A DNA stretch of 64,000 bases from Escherichia coli (GCF_051903065.1 NZ_CP178438.1), one strand, 5' to 3'; counted from the stretch's first letter, positions 23,479-35,386 are shown. Notes: generated by a model from the sequence alone, not told the origin. Numbers and translations are program-made.

Positions 23479-24213
23479 TTACCCTTCGTGTAACCCACAT
23501 TCCCTTTTTAAGCCAAAGAAACGCGTTTCTTCTTCAGCCATGCCGGGTTCCCATTTACGGGTTGTATGGGTATCACCAACCGATAAATATCCTTCATCCC
23601 ATAATGGGTGATATTTAAGGCCATGTTTTTGCAGGTACTGATAAATAGTTCGGTTATCCCAGTCGATAATCGGCAGCACTTTAAATACGCCACGCTGAAT
23701 TGCCAGCACCGGTAAATTGGCGCGGCTGCCGGATTGTTCGCGGCGCAGGCCAGCAAACCACGTTTGCGCGTTAAGTTCTTTCAGCGCCCGGTTCATCGGT
23801 TCGACTTTGTTGATGTCATTGTACTTTTCAATGCCTTCAACGCCCTGTTCCCACAGTTTTCCGTAGCGTGCTTCCTGCCAGGCTGCGCTTTCGGTAGCAC
23901 GGTACACTTTCAGGTTGAGCTTGAGTTTGTCCGTTAACTCGTCAATAAAGCGGTAGGTTTCCGGGAACAAGTAACCGGTATCGGTGAGGATCACTGGAAT
24001 ATCCGGGCGAATCTGATTCACCAGATGCAGGCTCACCGCCGCCTGAATGCCGAAGCTGGAAGAAAGCACATATTCACCGGGCAGATTATCCAGCGCCCAG
24101 GCTACGCGGCCTTCAGCGTCCAGTTTTTCCAGTTGGGCGTTAGTTTCTGCCAGCGCCAGAATGCGATCTACCTTCGGCAGTTCGTTCAGGGCGTTTAGAT
24201 CGAGTTTGGGCAT
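23479..24213 (-). CDS. cysH: Phosphoadenosine phosphosulfate (PAPS) reductase
   Basis: Protein [19 protein letters not shown]... through ...ECGLHEG. Start placed at internal ATG (24211-24213); track ORF extends 51 codons upstream. Confidence 0.95.
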   Translation of the reverse strand: MPKLDLNALNELPKVDRILALAETNAQLEKLDAEGRVAWALDNLPGEYVLSSSFGIQAAVSLHLVNQIRPDIPVILTDTGYLFPETYRFIDELTDKLKLNLKVYRATESAAWQEARYGKLWEQGVEGIEKYNDINKVEPMNRALKELNAQTWFAGLRREQSGSRANLPVLAIQRGVFKVLPIIDWDNRTIYQYLQKHGLKYHPLWDEGYLSVGDTHTTRKWEPGMAEEETRFFGLKRECGLHEG

Positions 24214-24234
24214 AGATTCCTCACTGTTTGCCTT

Positions 24235-24270
24235 GCCTGATGCGACGCTCACGCGTCTTATCAGGCCTAC
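24235..24270. repeat. REP (repetitive extragenic palindromic) element between cysI and cysH
   Basis: GCCTGATGCGACGCTCACGCGTCTTATCAGGCCTAC, a classic REP palindrome. Confidence 0.8.
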
Positions 24271-24286
24271 AAGACCGGGCTGATGG

Positions 24287-25999
24287 TTAATCCCACAAAT
24301 CGCGCGCCGGATCGAGCACCGGGCGAATGATGCCCGCACGCACCGTAAAGTCGCCGAAGCCTTCACCCGCTTCGCGCTCTTTCGCCCAGCGCCCTATCAG
24401 TTCATCAAGCGACGCCAGGATTTCCGGCTCGGTGATGTTTTCTTTATACATCCGTGGGATACGTGTCCCAATACGGTTGCCGCCAAGATGCAGGTTGTAG
24501 CGACCCGGCGCTTTACCCACCAGGCCCACTTCCGCCAGCATCGCGCGACCACAACCGTTCGGGCAGCCTGTTACACGCATCACGATATGCTCATCGCTAA
24601 CACCATGTTTCGCCATTAAATTATCGATGTTGTCGATAAAAGACGGTAGGAAACGCTCCGCTTCCGCCATCGCCAGCGGGCAAGTCGGGAACGAGACGCA
24701 GGCCATTGAGTTTTCACGCTGCGGCGTGACGGCATTCATTAACCCGCTCTCTTTGGCGATCTTCTCGATCTTCGCTTTCTCGCTTTCCGGCACACCGGCG
24801 ATGATCAGATTCTGGTTCGCCGTAATGCGGAAATCACCTTTGTGGATCTTCGCGATCTCCAGCAGGCCGGTTTTCAGCGGACGCCCCGGATAATCAAGGA
24901 TGCGACCATTTTCGATAAACAGCGTCAGGTGCCAGTTATCATCAATGCCCTTAACCCAGCCAATACGATCTCCGCGTCCGGTGAACTCATACGGACGGAT
25001 CGGTTCAAATTTGATCCCCGCGCGACGCTCCACTTCCGCTTTAAACGTCTCAACCCCCACGCGCTCCAGCGTGTATTTGGTTTTGGCATTTTTACGATCG
25101 GTTCGGTTACCCCAGTCACGCTGAGTTGTCACGACGGCTTCCGCCACCGCTAGCGTATGCTCTAGCGGCAGATAGCCAAACTCACTCGCGGTGCGGGCGT
25201 AGGTTTTCTTGTTGCCGTGTTCGATGGAAAGCCCACCGCCCACCAACAGGTTAAAGCCCACCAGCTTGCCGTTTTCGGCGATCGCCACGAAGTTCATGTC
25301 GTTGGCGTGCAGATCGATATCGTTCTGTGGCGGGATCACTACCGTGGTTTTGAATTTACGCGGCAGGTAGGTCTGGCCGAGGATCGGTTCTTCATCAGTG
25401 GTGGCGACTTTTTCCTGATCGAGCCAGATCTCCGCATACGCGCGGGTACGCGGCAGCAGATGTTCAGAGATTTTCTTCGCCCATTCATACGCTTCCGCGT
25501 GTAGCTGCGACTCGTAAGGGTTCGAGGTGCAGAGTACGTTACGGTTCATGTCGTTAGCGGTCGCCAGCGCATCAAGACCAACCGAGTGCAGCATCTGGTG
25601 CACCGGTTTGACGTTCTTTTTCAGAATGCCGTGGAACTGAAACGTCTGGCGGTTGGTCAGGCGAATGCTGCCATAGATGGTGTTTTCACCGGCAAATTTG
25701 TCTATCGCCTGCCACTGTTTAGTGGTAATCACCCCACCCGGCAGACGGCAGCGCAACAGCATCGCGTGGCGCGGCTCCAGCTTCTGTTCAGCACGTTCGG
25801 CGCGGATGTCGCGGTCATCCTGCTGATACATGCCGTGGAAGCGGATCAGCAGGAAGTTGTCGCCCTTAAAGCCGCCGGTCAGACCGTCGTTTAAATCTTC
25901 CGCAATGGTGCCGCGCAGGTAGTTGCTTTCAAGCTTCATGCGCTCGGCGTCTGTCAGTTTTCCTTCGACCACTAAAGGCCCTGGATGTTTTTCGCTCAT
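24287..25999 (-). CDS. cysI: Sulfite reductase hemoprotein beta subunit
   Basis: 570-aa ORF with siroheme/4Fe-4S Cys cluster motifs ([27 protein letters not shown]). Confidence 0.97.
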   Translation of the reverse strand: MSEKHPGPLVVEGKLTDAERMKLESNYLRGTIAEDLNDGLTGGFKGDNFLLIRFHGMYQQDDRDIRAERAEQKLEPRHAMLLRCRLPGGVITTKQWQAIDKFAGENTIYGSIRLTNRQTFQFHGILKKNVKPVHQMLHSVGLDALATANDMNRNVLCTSNPYESQLHAEAYEWAKKISEHLLPRTRAYAEIWLDQEKVATTDEEPILGQTYLPRKFKTTVVIPPQNDIDLHANDMNFVAIAENGKLVGFNLLVGGGLSIEHGNKKTYARTASEFGYLPLEHTLAVAEAVVTTQRDWGNRTDRKNAKTKYTLERVGVETFKAEVERRAGIKFEPIRPYEFTGRGDRIGWVKGIDDNWHLTLFIENGRILDYPGRPLKTGLLEIAKIHKGDFRITANQNLIIAGVPESEKAKIEKIAKESGLMNAVTPQRENSMACVSFPTCPLAMAEAERFLPSFIDNIDNLMAKHGVSDEHIVMRVTGCPNGCGRAMLAEVGLVGKAPGRYNLHLGGNRIGTRIPRMYKENITEPEILASLDELIGRWAKEREAGEGFGDFTVRAGIIRPVLDPARDLWD

Positions 26000-27798
26000 T
26001 AGTAGACATCTCGCTGATAACGGCGCTCTACGCGCAGCTCACTTAAAAATTCATCCGCCGCTTCGGTGTCCATACCACCAAATTCGGCAATCACTTCCAG
26101 AAGTGCCTGCTCAACGTCTTTCGCCATGCGATTAGCGTCGCCGCAGACATAAATGTGGGCACCGTCATTGATCCAGCGCCACAGCTCCGCGCCCTGTTCG
26201 CGTAGTTTGTCTTGTACGTAAACTTTTTCTTTTTGATCGCGCGACCAGGCGAGATCGATACGTGTCAGCACACCCTCTTTGACGTAGCGCTGCCACTCCA
26301 CCTGGTAGAGGAAATCTTCCGTAAAATGCGGGTTGCCAAAGAACAGCCAGTTTTTACCCGGTGCTTCATCGGCAGCACGTTGCTGCATAAAGGCGCGGAA
26401 CGGCGCGATACCGGTGCCTGGGCCAATCATAATCACCGGGGTTTCTGGATTGGCTGGTAGGCGGAAGTTATCGTTATGTTCGATAAATACGCGGAGTTCG
26501 CCCTCTTCTTCCACGCGGTCCGCAAGGAAGCTGGAGGCCCCCCCGGCACGGGCGCGGCCTTCCACGTCGTAACGCACCACACCAACGGTGACGTGTACTT
26601 CGTTCTCGACTTCCGCCTGCGAGGAGGCAATGGAATAGAGACGCGGCGTCAGCGGGCGCAGCAGATTAATTAGCGCTTCGGCATCAAGCTGTGCCGGGGA
26701 GAAACGCACCATGTCAACAATCGGCGTCGTCGCGGCGTAATGCTGTAACTTCGCTTTATCGCCCACCAGCGGCAGCAGTGTTTCACTGCGGGTAAGCGTG
26801 GCGTAATTCTCAACAATGTTGGCGGTGTTGACGGTCAGTTCGAAGTGCCACTGTAGCGCTTCGTTCAGAGGCAACGTTTTGCCCTCGACGGTGACAGGTT
26901 CATCGCCTTTCAGCCACAGCAGTTCGACAAGTTCTTTCACCAGTGCCGGATCGTTCTGATACCAGACACCCAGCGCGTCACCCGGCTGGTAACGCAGGCC
27001 CGAGTCACCTAAGTCAATTTCGATATGGCGAACGTCTTTTTCAGAGTTACGCCCGGTAATTTTCTGGTTAACAGAGAGGCTCGCCACCAGCGGCGAGTCT
27101 TTGCTGTACGGGCTGGTGTGGATTTCATTTACCGCGCCAGTAGCGACGGATTGCGAAGGTGCCGCGACAGGCGCACGCGATTTAAGCGCATCAACCACGC
27201 GAGCGCGCCACTCGCTGGCAGCGGTCTGGTATTCAACGTCGGCATCGACACGGTCGAGCAGGCGTTCACCGCCCAGTTCCGCCAGCTTGCTGTCAAAATC
27301 TTTCCCGGACTGGCAGAAAAATTCATAAGAGCTATCGCCGAGGCTAAACACGGCAAATGCGGTGTTTTCCAGCTTCGGCGCTTTTTTGGAGAACAGGAAC
27401 TTATGCAGCGCGACGGCTTCTTCCGGCGGTTCCCCTTCTCCTTGCGTTGACGTCACCACGATAAGCAGTTTTTCGCTGGCGATTTGTTTGAATTTATAGT
27501 CGCCCGCGTTCACCAGCTTAACGTTCAGTTTTGCCGTCAATAAATCATCGCGTAATGCTTCAGCAACCCGGCGCGCATTGCCGGTTTGCGAGGCGGAGAT
27601 AATAGTTATACCCGGCATTTCTGCGGCTGGCGCTGGCGTTGCTGCAAGCGCAGCAGGCTGCTGATTGAGCACGCCCCAGAAATAGCCAGAAACCCAGGCA
27701 AGCTGGGTGGGAGTTAAATCGGTCGTGGCCGCCTGAAGGCGTGCCAGTTGCTCCGGGTTCAACGGAAGCAACGCGGAAGGTGGGACCTGTGTCGTCAT
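25999..27798 (-). CDS. cysJ: Sulfite reductase flavoprotein alpha subunit
   Basis: 599-aa ORF with flavodoxin-like N-domain and FAD/NADPH reductase C-domain. Confidence 0.97.
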   Translation of the reverse strand: MTTQVPPSALLPLNPEQLARLQAATTDLTPTQLAWVSGYFWGVLNQQPAALAATPAPAAEMPGITIISASQTGNARRVAEALRDDLLTAKLNVKLVNAGDYKFKQIASEKLLIVVTSTQGEGEPPEEAVALHKFLFSKKAPKLENTAFAVFSLGDSSYEFFCQSGKDFDSKLAELGGERLLDRVDADVEYQTAASEWRARVVDALKSRAPVAAPSQSVATGAVNEIHTSPYSKDSPLVASLSVNQKITGRNSEKDVRHIEIDLGDSGLRYQPGDALGVWYQNDPALVKELVELLWLKGDEPVTVEGKTLPLNEALQWHFELTVNTANIVENYATLTRSETLLPLVGDKAKLQHYAATTPIVDMVRFSPAQLDAEALINLLRPLTPRLYSIASSQAEVENEVHVTVGVVRYDVEGRARAGGASSFLADRVEEEGELRVFIEHNDNFRLPANPETPVIMIGPGTGIAPFRAFMQQRAADEAPGKNWLFFGNPHFTEDFLYQVEWQRYVKEGVLTRIDLAWSRDQKEKVYVQDKLREQGAELWRWINDGAHIYVCGDANRMAKDVEQALLEVIAEFGGMDTEAADEFLSELRVERRYQRDVY

Positions 27799-28113
27799 GC
27801 GTCGTTATGTTCCAGTAAGCAAAGCTGTTTCTGCGCCCTGTCAGCGCCCATAAAACAGAAGAAAAGGTAAGGTTAACGGGGTGAACGGTGTGGATTAAAG
27901 ACGGGATAGCGATAACTAATAACCAAATCGACTAACCTGTTTTAGCAATAGTCTTTAACAACAAAATAGATTAACCAACCTAATGAAAAACAAATGAATT
28001 TAGCCAATCATTAAGATAAATCAGCGATTTTGCGCAACAAAGTCGTTTTAGATAATGCGAAAAAACAGCCTTTCCGGTACTCTACGGCGGTTTTATCGTC
28101 CTGTAGAGAAATT

Positions 28114-28479
28114 ATGATGTCCACCACGTTATTTAAAGATTTCACCTTCGAAGCCGCTCACCGCTTACCACACGTCCCGGAAGGGCATAAATGTGGTCGC
28201 CTGCACGGGCATTCCTTTATGGTGCGACTGGAAATTACCGGGGAAGTCGATCCGCATACGGGCTGGATTATCGATTTCGCTGAACTGAAAGCGGCGTTTA
28301 AGCCAACTTATGAGCGCCTCGATCACCATTATCTCAATGATATTCCAGGTCTGGAAAACCCGACCAGCGAAGTTTTAGCAAAATGGATTTGGGATCAGGT
28401 TAAACCCGTTGTGCCGCTGTTAAGTGCGGTGATGGTAAAAGAAACCTGCACCGCTGGTTGTATCTATCGCGGCGAATGA
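28114..28479 (+). CDS. queD: 6-carboxy-5,6,7,8-tetrahydropterin synthase
   Basis: 121-aa protein [33 protein letters not shown]...; start at ATG 28114. Confidence 0.95.
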   Translation: MMSTTLFKDFTFEAAHRLPHVPEGHKCGRLHGHSFMVRLEITGEVDPHTGWIIDFAELKAAFKPTYERLDHHYLNDIPGLENPTSEVLAKWIWDQVKPVVPLLSAVMVKETCTAGCIYRGE

Positions 28480-28556
28480 TAAGAGTGTGTCGGCGGTCAA
28501 TTTCCCTTAAGTAACGCTATGTTAGGGTGTTGTGTTCAGGATATCTGGGGCATGAC

Positions 28557-29828
28557 ATGGAAGACGACTGCGACATTATTATTATTGGTGCCGGTATTGC
28601 AGGCACCGCTTGCGCGTTACGCTGCGCGCGAGCGGGTTTATCCGTTTTGTTACTGGAACGCGCTGAAATCCCCGGCAGCAAAAATCTTTCCGGCGGGCGG
28701 TTATATACCCATGCACTCGCGGAACTCCTCCCTCAGTTTCATCTGACCGCGCCTCTTGAACGACGCATCACTCACGAAAGCCTTTCCCTGTTAACGCCGG
28801 ATGGCGCAACGACGTTTTCCAGCTTACAGCCCGGCGGTGAATCCTGGAGTGTATTACGTGCACGGTTCGATCCGTGGCTGGTTGCCGAAGCCGAAAAAGA
28901 AGGTGTCGAATGTATCCCCGGAGCGACGGTGGATGCACTGTATGAAGAAAACGGCAGAGTGTGTGGTGTCATTTGTGGTGACGATATTCTCCGCGCCCGT
29001 TATGTGGTGCTGGCAGAAGGTGCCAACAGCGTCCTGGCTGAACGTCACGGATTAGTGACTCGTCCTGCTGGCGAAGCGATGGCGTTGGGGATCAAAGAAG
29101 TGCTGTCGCTGGAAACATCCGCTATTGAAGAACGTTTTCATCTGGAGAATAACGAAGGCGCAGCGTTGCTGTTCAGCGGCGGAATCTGTGATGACTTACC
29201 CGGCGGCGCATTTCTTTATACTAATCAACAAACGCTCTCGTTAGGGATTGTTTGCCCGCTCTCTTCCCTTACGCAAAGTCGTGTTCCGGCAAGCGAGCTG
29301 CTGGCTCGCTTTAAAACGCATCCGGCAGTTCGCCCGCTTATCAAAAACACGGAATCACTGGAGTATGGTGCGCATCTGGTGCCAGAAGGTGGCTTGCACA
29401 GTATGCCGGTGCAATACGCCGGTAACGGCTGGCTGCTGGTGGGCGATGCGTTGCGCAGTTGCGTCAATACCGGAATTTCTGTGCGCGGCATGGATACGGC
29501 GCTAACTGGCGCGCAGGCGGCGGCACAAACACTGATAAGCGCCTGCCAGCACTGCGAGCCGCAAAATCTGTTTCCGCTTTATCATCACAACGTAGAGCGC
29601 AGCCTGCTGTGGGATGTTCTACAGCGTTATCAGCATGTTCCGGCGCTTTTGCAACGCCCGGGATGGTACCGTACGTGGCCTGCGTTAATGCAGGATATTT
29701 CCCGCGATTTATGGGATCAGGGTGATAAACCTGTTCCACCGCTGCGCCAGTTACTCTGGCGTCATTTACGTCGTCATGGCTTGTGGCATCTGGCGGGCGA
29801 TGTTATCAGGAGTCTGCGATGTCTGTAG
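28557..29828 (+). CDS. ygcN: FixC-like FAD-dependent oxidoreductase (ETF-quinone oxidoreductase family)
   Basis: N-terminal Rossmann motif IIIIGAGIAGTACAL; start at ATG 28557 (MEDDCD...). Confidence 0.88.
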   Translation: MEDDCDIIIIGAGIAGTACALRCARAGLSVLLLERAEIPGSKNLSGGRLYTHALAELLPQFHLTAPLERRITHESLSLLTPDGATTFSSLQPGGESWSVLRARFDPWLVAEAEKEGVECIPGATVDALYEENGRVCGVICGDDILRARYVVLAEGANSVLAERHGLVTRPAGEAMALGIKEVLSLETSAIEERFHLENNEGAALLFSGGICDDLPGGAFLYTNQQTLSLGIVCPLSSLTQSRVPASELLARFKTHPAVRPLIKNTESLEYGAHLVPEGGLHSMPVQYAGNGWLLVGDALRSCVNTGISVRGMDTALTGAQAAAQTLISACQHCEPQNLFPLYHHNVERSLLWDVLQRYQHVPALLQRPGWYRTWPALMQDISRDLWDQGDKPVPPLRQLLWRHLRRHGLWHLAGDVIRSLRCL

Positions 29829-30079
29829 CCCGTAATCTCTGGCGCGCTGCTGATGCGCCGCACATTGTTCCGGCTGACTCCGTTGAGCGCCAGACGGTAC
29901 AACGGTTGATTAACGCTTGTCCGGCTGGTCTTTTTTCGCTCACACCGGGAGGTGACTTACGCGTTGATTATCACGGCTGCCTGGAGTGTGGCACCTGCCG
30001 TTTGCTGTGCGACGAATCAACACTACAACAGTGGCGCTATCCGCCTTCCGGATTCGGCATCACCTACCGTTTTGGATAA
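29819..30079 (+). CDS. ygcO: FixX-like ferredoxin
   Basis: 86-aa frame MSVARNLW... with Cys cluster (CLECGTCRLLC); overlaps ygcN 3' end. Confidence 0.8.
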   Translation: MSVARNLWRAADAPHIVPADSVERQTVQRLINACPAGLFSLTPGGDLRVDYHGCLECGTCRLLCDESTLQQWRYPPSGFGITYRFG

Positions 30080-30095
30080 ATAATAAGGATAATTT

Positions 30096-30671
30096 ATGCC
30101 CCTCTTACACCTGCTCCGCCAGAATCCGGTGATTGCTGCCGTTAAAGATAATGCCAGCCTGCAACTGGCAATCGATTCTGAATGCCAATTTATTTCCGTG
30201 TTGTACGGCAATATCTGCACCATCAGTAATATCGTTAAAAAGATTAAGAACGCCGGGAAATATGCTTTTATTCATGTTGATTTGCTGGAAGGCGCGTCAA
30301 ATAAAGAAGTCGTTATTCAGTTTTTGAAACTGGTGACCGAGGCGGACGGCATTATCAGTACCAAAGCCTCAATGTTGAAAGCGGCAAGAGCGGAAGGTTT
30401 TTTCTGTATTCATCGCCTGTTTATTGTTGATTCGATTTCGTTTCACAACATTGATAAGCAAGTTGCGCAATCGAATCCGGATTGTATTGAGATCCTGCCA
30501 GGCTGCATGCCCAAAGTGCTGGGCTGGGTGACGGAAAAAATCCGCCAACCGCTGATTGCTGGCGGGCTGGTATGCGATGAAGAAGATGCGCGTAATGCGA
30601 TTAACGCGGGTGTCGTGGCGCTTTCCACCACGAATACTGGGGTCTGGACGTTAGCGAAAAAATTGCTTTGA
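30096..30671 (+). CDS. ygcP: GlpP-family glycerol-3-phosphate-responsive antiterminator-like protein
   Basis: 191-aa ORF MPLLHLLRQNPVIAAVKDNASLQ..., GlpP-like N-terminus. Confidence 0.85.
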   Translation: MPLLHLLRQNPVIAAVKDNASLQLAIDSECQFISVLYGNICTISNIVKKIKNAGKYAFIHVDLLEGASNKEVVIQFLKLVTEADGIISTKASMLKAARAEGFFCIHRLFIVDSISFHNIDKQVAQSNPDCIEILPGCMPKVLGWVTEKIRQPLIAGGLVCDEEDARNAINAGVVALSTTNTGVWTLAKKLL

Positions 30672-30703
30672 CGGAATAATCGTAACGAATTGAATTTGTG
30701 TCA

Positions 30704-30775
30704 TTTGTAGGCTGCACGCCACATCCGACATTCAGCGCCTGATGCGACGCTTGACGCGTCTTATCAGGCCTACAA
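30704..30775. repeat. REP elements between ygcP and ygcQ
   Basis: GTAGGCTGCACGCC... and GCCTGATGCGACGCTTGACGCGTCTTATCAGGCCTAC. Confidence 0.75.
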
Positions 30776-30817
30776 GTCCCCAGGCCAGAACCGTAGGCAG
30801 GATCATCCGGCAACACG

Positions 30818-31678
30818 TTATTGGCAATCTGCGTGAATGTTTGTCACCAGTGCCTCCAGCACCACTTTCCAGTCATCAACCACGCCAACATCTGCCTGTG
30901 AAAATACCGCTGCGCTGGCGTCATGATTAATCGCCACCACAAACTTGCTATTGCATACGCCCGCCATTAACGCTGCTGCGCCAGAAGCGCCAACAACAAT
31001 ACACACCTCAGGTGCCAGCAGATGTCCGGAAATACCAATCACTTTTTCAGCATCAACGCCACCGTTCATCACTCGCGCCCGACTGTAGCCCACTTCGGCT
31101 CCCAGCTTTTCTGCCAGCATAGCGATTTCCTGGTTATCTGCCACTCCGCCCTGCCCCACCACCAGCACCCATCTGGCCTCAGCTAATGGGTCGCGAGTAA
31201 CATTTTTCAGATCCTCTGTGCTAACCAGCCAGTCGGGAAGCGCACCTGGGACTATGTTCAGTTGCTGCATACCAGAGGGCAACGTGGCATTTTTATCTGT
31301 TCCCGCCTGGCGCGCCAGGGAAAGACATAGCGGGCGTTTTTCTGTTTGCAGCGTCGCCGTTAGCGCATTTCCCCAGTGGGATTTGCGCACGCTTACGGTT
31401 GGAATATCTAACGAAGTCACCTGGCAGATGCTTGCACCATGTAAACGCCAGGCCAGCCGGGTCGACAGTTCATCGCCAAACGTTCCCGGCGGAAAGAGAA
31501 CAACGTTCGCAGGCGTTCGCTGCCACTGTTCCACCAGCGCATCCAGCACCTGTTCCACCACTACGGGCTGTGGTTCTATTTGCCAGTGCGCCAGGGTACA
31601 ACCGCTGAAATCCTGCGCCGCCAGCCAGCCCGCTAATGCGGCATTATCCTGATTTATTGTCACAATTGCGATATTCAT
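30818..31678 (-). CDS. ygcQ: Electron transfer flavoprotein alpha-subunit-like protein (FixB-like)
   Basis: Frame MNIAIVTINQDN...; start at ATG complement 31676-31678 overlapping ygcR stop (ATGA). Confidence 0.85.
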   Translation of the reverse strand: MNIAIVTINQDNAALAGWLAAQDFSGCTLAHWQIEPQPVVVEQVLDALVEQWQRTPANVVLFPPGTFGDELSTRLAWRLHGASICQVTSLDIPTVSVRKSHWGNALTATLQTEKRPLCLSLARQAGTDKNATLPSGMQQLNIVPGALPDWLVSTEDLKNVTRDPLAEARWVLVVGQGGVADNQEIAMLAEKLGAEVGYSRARVMNGGVDAEKVIGISGHLLAPEVCIVVGASGAAALMAGVCNSKFVVAINHDASAAVFSQADVGVVDDWKVVLEALVTNIHADCQ

Positions 31679-32460
31679 GGCTGCATCCTTTGGCGTAAAT
31701 AGTCCTGCCATAGCTTTTGCGCTTTTTCTGCTACCGTTTGCCCATCAATCAGCGTCGCTCCGCGTCGTTGCTCTGCTCTTGCCAGTTGCAGACACTGCAT
31801 CGCTGGCAATTCGGCAGCAACAGTTTTACGGATAATTTCCGCTTTCCCCGCAGCCATTCGCTGGCGCATTCCCGGTACTGGCAAGGCCACTTCACCGCAC
31901 TGGCGCACGGCAATCACCGCAGGCAAGCGAATCCGACAACAGCGCAGCCCATGTTCAGTACGCTGTTCGAGGGTGATAAACGGCGCGTCGAGAGTGAAAC
32001 GCTCCACCTGGGTGAAGCAGGGCCAGCCCAGCATTTCCGCCAGCAAAAATGGCGTTTGCCCATTCTGCCCTTCGCTGCTTTGGCAGCCGGTAATTATCAG
32101 ATCCAGCGGATTCTGACGCTGCCATTCGGCAATATGGCGAGCGACAAATTCCGACGCAAAGCGCAGATCTGCCGCCGTCTCCAGCAATACAGCTTCCTCA
32201 AACCCAAGAGCCATGAGATAGCGCAGCCAGTGTAACGCCCGTTCATCCCCCATGCTCAACGCGGTTAAAGACATCGGCGTACCGTTTTTTCTCTGCGCCA
32301 ACAGTAGCGCGGCGGCAGCCTGTTCATCAGCACCGAGTAAACTTCGCAGTAGCGAAACATCCGGTCCGCTATTACCCTGAGCCGCCGCCTGCCACTCTTT
32401 TTCCGCCAGCATTCCGGCATCCGGTTCGGCTTTAAACGCTAACAGAATGTTCATTCGCAC
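31675..32460 (-). CDS. ygcR: Electron transfer flavoprotein beta-subunit-like protein (FixA-like)
   Basis: 261-aa ORF M(RM)NILLAFKAEPDAG... Confidence 0.85.
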   Translation of the reverse strand: MRMNILLAFKAEPDAGMLAEKEWQAAAQGNSGPDVSLLRSLLGADEQAAAALLLAQRKNGTPMSLTALSMGDERALHWLRYLMALGFEEAVLLETAADLRFASEFVARHIAEWQRQNPLDLIITGCQSSEGQNGQTPFLLAEMLGWPCFTQVERFTLDAPFITLEQRTEHGLRCCRIRLPAVIAVRQCGEVALPVPGMRQRMAAGKAEIIRKTVAAELPAMQCLQLARAEQRRGATLIDGQTVAEKAQKLWQDYLRQRMQP

Positions 32461-33769
32461 CTCCTACATTTCCCGCCGCCACCAGCGGGAGGGCTTTGGT
32501 TTCTGGTGCCCATAGCCAGGTCACAACAAAACCAACCAACAACACTGCCGCCAGGAGCAATAAGGAGACTTGCATTCCCCACTGCGCCAGCACCCACGGC
32601 AGCAGGCCAGTACTTACCGCCGCCCCCAACCGACTCATGGCGGTGGCAAAACCGACGCCCAGCGAGCGAATGTCAGTAGGAAAACTTTCCGCAGGCAAAA
32701 TGCCCACCAGATTACTGACTGCCGAAATGGTGGTGCTGAAGAGAACAAAAAGCAGCAGCGTTAATGAACTGCCGGAAGGCAAACAGGCCATCACTACCAG
32801 CGTTGCCGCCAGCAGCAAAAAACTTCCCAGCAAAAATTTGCGATGTGCCAGCAGGTGCGTCAGAACTAATCCCAGCAGCGCGCCCACAATTAACAATGCA
32901 TTAAGCATCAGGCTGGCAGTCAGCGCATCTTCCAGACCAATAGTCTGGGCGATAGTTGGCAGCCAGGTATAAATCACAAACCATGGGATTACGAGGCAGA
33001 CAAAGAAGACGCTGTTAAACGCCGTGCGCCGCCAGTAACGCGAAGAGAACAAGGTTTTGATGTGTTTATGGGTCGCCGTTACCACTTCATCGCCCAGTAA
33101 AACATGGGGACCAAAATAGCGATGCACGATAGCGTGAGCTTCTGCAAAACGCCCCTGGCGCAGTAGCCAGCGTGGCGATTCTGGCGTTCCCCAGCGTAAT
33201 AACGTAATCAACAACGCGGGCAGAGCTGCCGATGCCAGCAGCCAGCGCCAGGCCTCCGGGCTTTCGCTAATAAAGTGATGTCCGGCAATACTTGCTAACA
33301 CATAGCCTACGGTCCACACCACGCTGAATGCGCCCAGCAAAACACCGCGATGGCGGCGCGGGGAAAATTCAGCCAGCAAGGTGTGACCTACTGAGTAATC
33401 GCCTCCCAGACCAATGCCGATCAAAATGCGCAGTCCAATAAGATGCTCTGGCGTGGTGGCAAAAAATTGCAGGAACGAAGCGAGCGTAATCAGCAAAAAG
33501 CTGAAGGTGAAGATTTTTTGCCGACCAATATGGTCGGAGATCCACCCAAGAACCAGGCTGCCAAGAAACAAACCAAGGAGCGCCGAGCCGCCGATCATTC
33601 CCGCCATAAACGGCGTCAGTTGCATGGCGGGCGTAAGTTGAATAATGGCGTAACCAATGACGCCGAGAACATAACCGTCGGTCAGGTGTGCGCCGAAAGT
33701 GAGCGCAGCAATTCGACAGTGAAAACGGTTAAGCGGTAAATCATCCATTCGCACCGGTGAAGTGTTCAT
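32432..33769 (-). CDS. ygcS: MFS-family transporter (sugar-porter-like)
   Basis: 445-aa frame from MNTSPVRMDDL... with multiple TM segments and the MFS PESPRWL motif; RBS AAGGGG upstream of ATG 33769. Confidence 0.85.
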   Translation of the reverse strand: MNTSPVRMDDLPLNRFHCRIAALTFGAHLTDGYVLGVIGYAIIQLTPAMQLTPFMAGMIGGSALLGLFLGSLVLGWISDHIGRQKIFTFSFLLITLASFLQFFATTPEHLIGLRILIGIGLGGDYSVGHTLLAEFSPRRHRGVLLGAFSVVWTVGYVLASIAGHHFISESPEAWRWLLASAALPALLITLLRWGTPESPRWLLRQGRFAEAHAIVHRYFGPHVLLGDEVVTATHKHIKTLFSSRYWRRTAFNSVFFVCLVIPWFVIYTWLPTIAQTIGLEDALTASLMLNALLIVGALLGLVLTHLLAHRKFLLGSFLLLAATLVVMACLPSGSSLTLLLFVLFSTTISAVSNLVGILPAESFPTDIRSLGVGFATAMSRLGAAVSTGLLPWVLAQWGMQVSLLLLAAVLLVGFVVTWLWAPETKALPLVAAGNVGGANEHSVSV

Positions 33770-33862
33770 CTTTACCCCTTCATTGTCCGGTAATAAGAAC
33801 GGCTTCTCGCCTGAGAAGCCGAAAAGGCAACGCCCCATCATCGCGGAACGCTGCCTGACACA

Positions 33863-35317
33863 TTATTTTTCAATCGGATAGATAGTACCCGTATTCATAA
33901 TGCCGTTAGGATCGAATTGCTTTTTCAGCCCTTCCAGCAACGCCCACGCGCTGCCGTGTTCCAGCTTGCTCCAGTGAACGCGATGTTTACCAATGCCGTG
34001 GTGGTGCACCATCGAACCGCCGAGGCGAATGGTTTCTTCGCAGATGATTTTGTTGAGCGGATTGTGGTACTTGTCGATTTCCTCTTCCGGCTTACAGTCA
34101 ACAACGTTGTAGTCATAGACGAAGTACATGTTTGTGCCGTTCTGATAGCTATGAGAGGAGTGACCGCCCAGCATAGTGATGTCGTCGGCGTGCGGGAACT
34201 CGGTACGAATACGGTTAATAACGCTTTCGTAGATTTCGTGGATGCAGCTCCAGCAGCCGGACACTTCAGTGGTAAAGCCCATGTTGCCGGTTTTGAGGAT
34301 TTGCACACGTTCGGCAGCCACTTTATCCGGTCCCCAGTTCAGGTTGTTAAACCAGGTTTCGATCAGTTTGCTGTCCACGCGCTGGCACTGCGGGTAGCGG
34401 GCAACGATTTCCGCAATCCCTTCGCCCGTCGCCTTCGCAATGCGAGGGTTACCTTCAGCCATAAAGATCAGCACACATTTTCCGTCGGCAAAATGGGTGA
34501 AGTGTTGGGTGCCATCTTCAGCGTCATACAAACGAGCGATCGACGGACGATACCCTTCCACCATGATTTCACGCAGGATGTTGAAGCCGGTTTTCATGTC
34601 TTCCAGGATATAGCCGTAGAAGAGGTTGTTTTTCGGGGTGAATTTAAAGATTTTCACTGTTACTTCAGTGATATAGCACAATGCACCTTCGTTGCCGATG
34701 ATGATGTGACGAATGTCCGGGCCAGCCGCGCGGCGTGGCACGTTTTTAATACGTGTGACGGTGCCATCAGCCAATACGGCTTCCAGACCAACGACCATAT
34801 CTTCGATTGCGCCGTAGAGTGTGGAGAACTGCCCGATACTGCGGGTTGCTACCAGGCCGCCCATCTGCGCCAGCGGCTTTGACTGCGGAGAATGCCCAGT
34901 GGTGTAACCTTTTTCACGCAACGCGTTTTCCAGCACCTCCAGCGGAACGCCACATTGCGCCGTCGCCTGCATATTCTCAATATCAATATTAATGATTTGA
35001 TTCATGGCGGAACCGTCGAGCACCACCGAGTTTTCTACAACAGTTTCCAGCCCACCTTCGGTGGCGGAAGCACCGGTACGCGGCACACCGTTAATTTTGT
35101 GCGCATTCATAAAATTCAGCACACGGGAGACTTGTTCTGTGGAACCGAGTTTTACGACCGCAGCCGGAATCGGCAAAGTATAAATACCATGAATATCCGG
35201 AAATTTACGAAAACGGTCAATACTGTTCTTCTTTAATACTGTTTCATCGGTAATTACGCGATCTGCACCAACAATTTCCTTTAGCTGGTCGACAATCGCT
35301 GCGCGAGATAAAGACAT
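33863..35317 (-). CDS. ygcU: FAD-linked oxidase (alkyl-DHAP-synthase/D-lactate-dehydrogenase fold)
   Basis: 484-aa ORF. Confidence 0.85.
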   Translation of the reverse strand: MSLSRAAIVDQLKEIVGADRVITDETVLKKNSIDRFRKFPDIHGIYTLPIPAAVVKLGSTEQVSRVLNFMNAHKINGVPRTGASATEGGLETVVENSVVLDGSAMNQIINIDIENMQATAQCGVPLEVLENALREKGYTTGHSPQSKPLAQMGGLVATRSIGQFSTLYGAIEDMVVGLEAVLADGTVTRIKNVPRRAAGPDIRHIIIGNEGALCYITEVTVKIFKFTPKNNLFYGYILEDMKTGFNILREIMVEGYRPSIARLYDAEDGTQHFTHFADGKCVLIFMAEGNPRIAKATGEGIAEIVARYPQCQRVDSKLIETWFNNLNWGPDKVAAERVQILKTGNMGFTTEVSGCWSCIHEIYESVINRIRTEFPHADDITMLGGHSSHSYQNGTNMYFVYDYNVVDCKPEEEIDKYHNPLNKIICEETIRLGGSMVHHHGIGKHRVHWSKLEHGSAWALLEGLKKQFDPNGIMNTGTIYPIEK

Positions 35318-35386
35318 AGTAATTCCTTCCTGATAATAAAAATGGAATAATCATTAATAAGAGAAAACAGAAACCACCGTTATGGG

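Noticed and set aside
23153-23611. 152-aa plus-strand ORF between cas3 and cysH
   Set aside because: Overlaps the 3' end of cysH and the hok-like locus on the opposite strand; no recognisable domain; the region is better explained by the hok toxin gene and its regulatory RNA structures.
33917-34882. 321-aa ORF on the plus strand inside ygcU
   Set aside because: Antisense to a well-supported FAD-oxidase gene; no independent start or RBS context; low-complexity composition.
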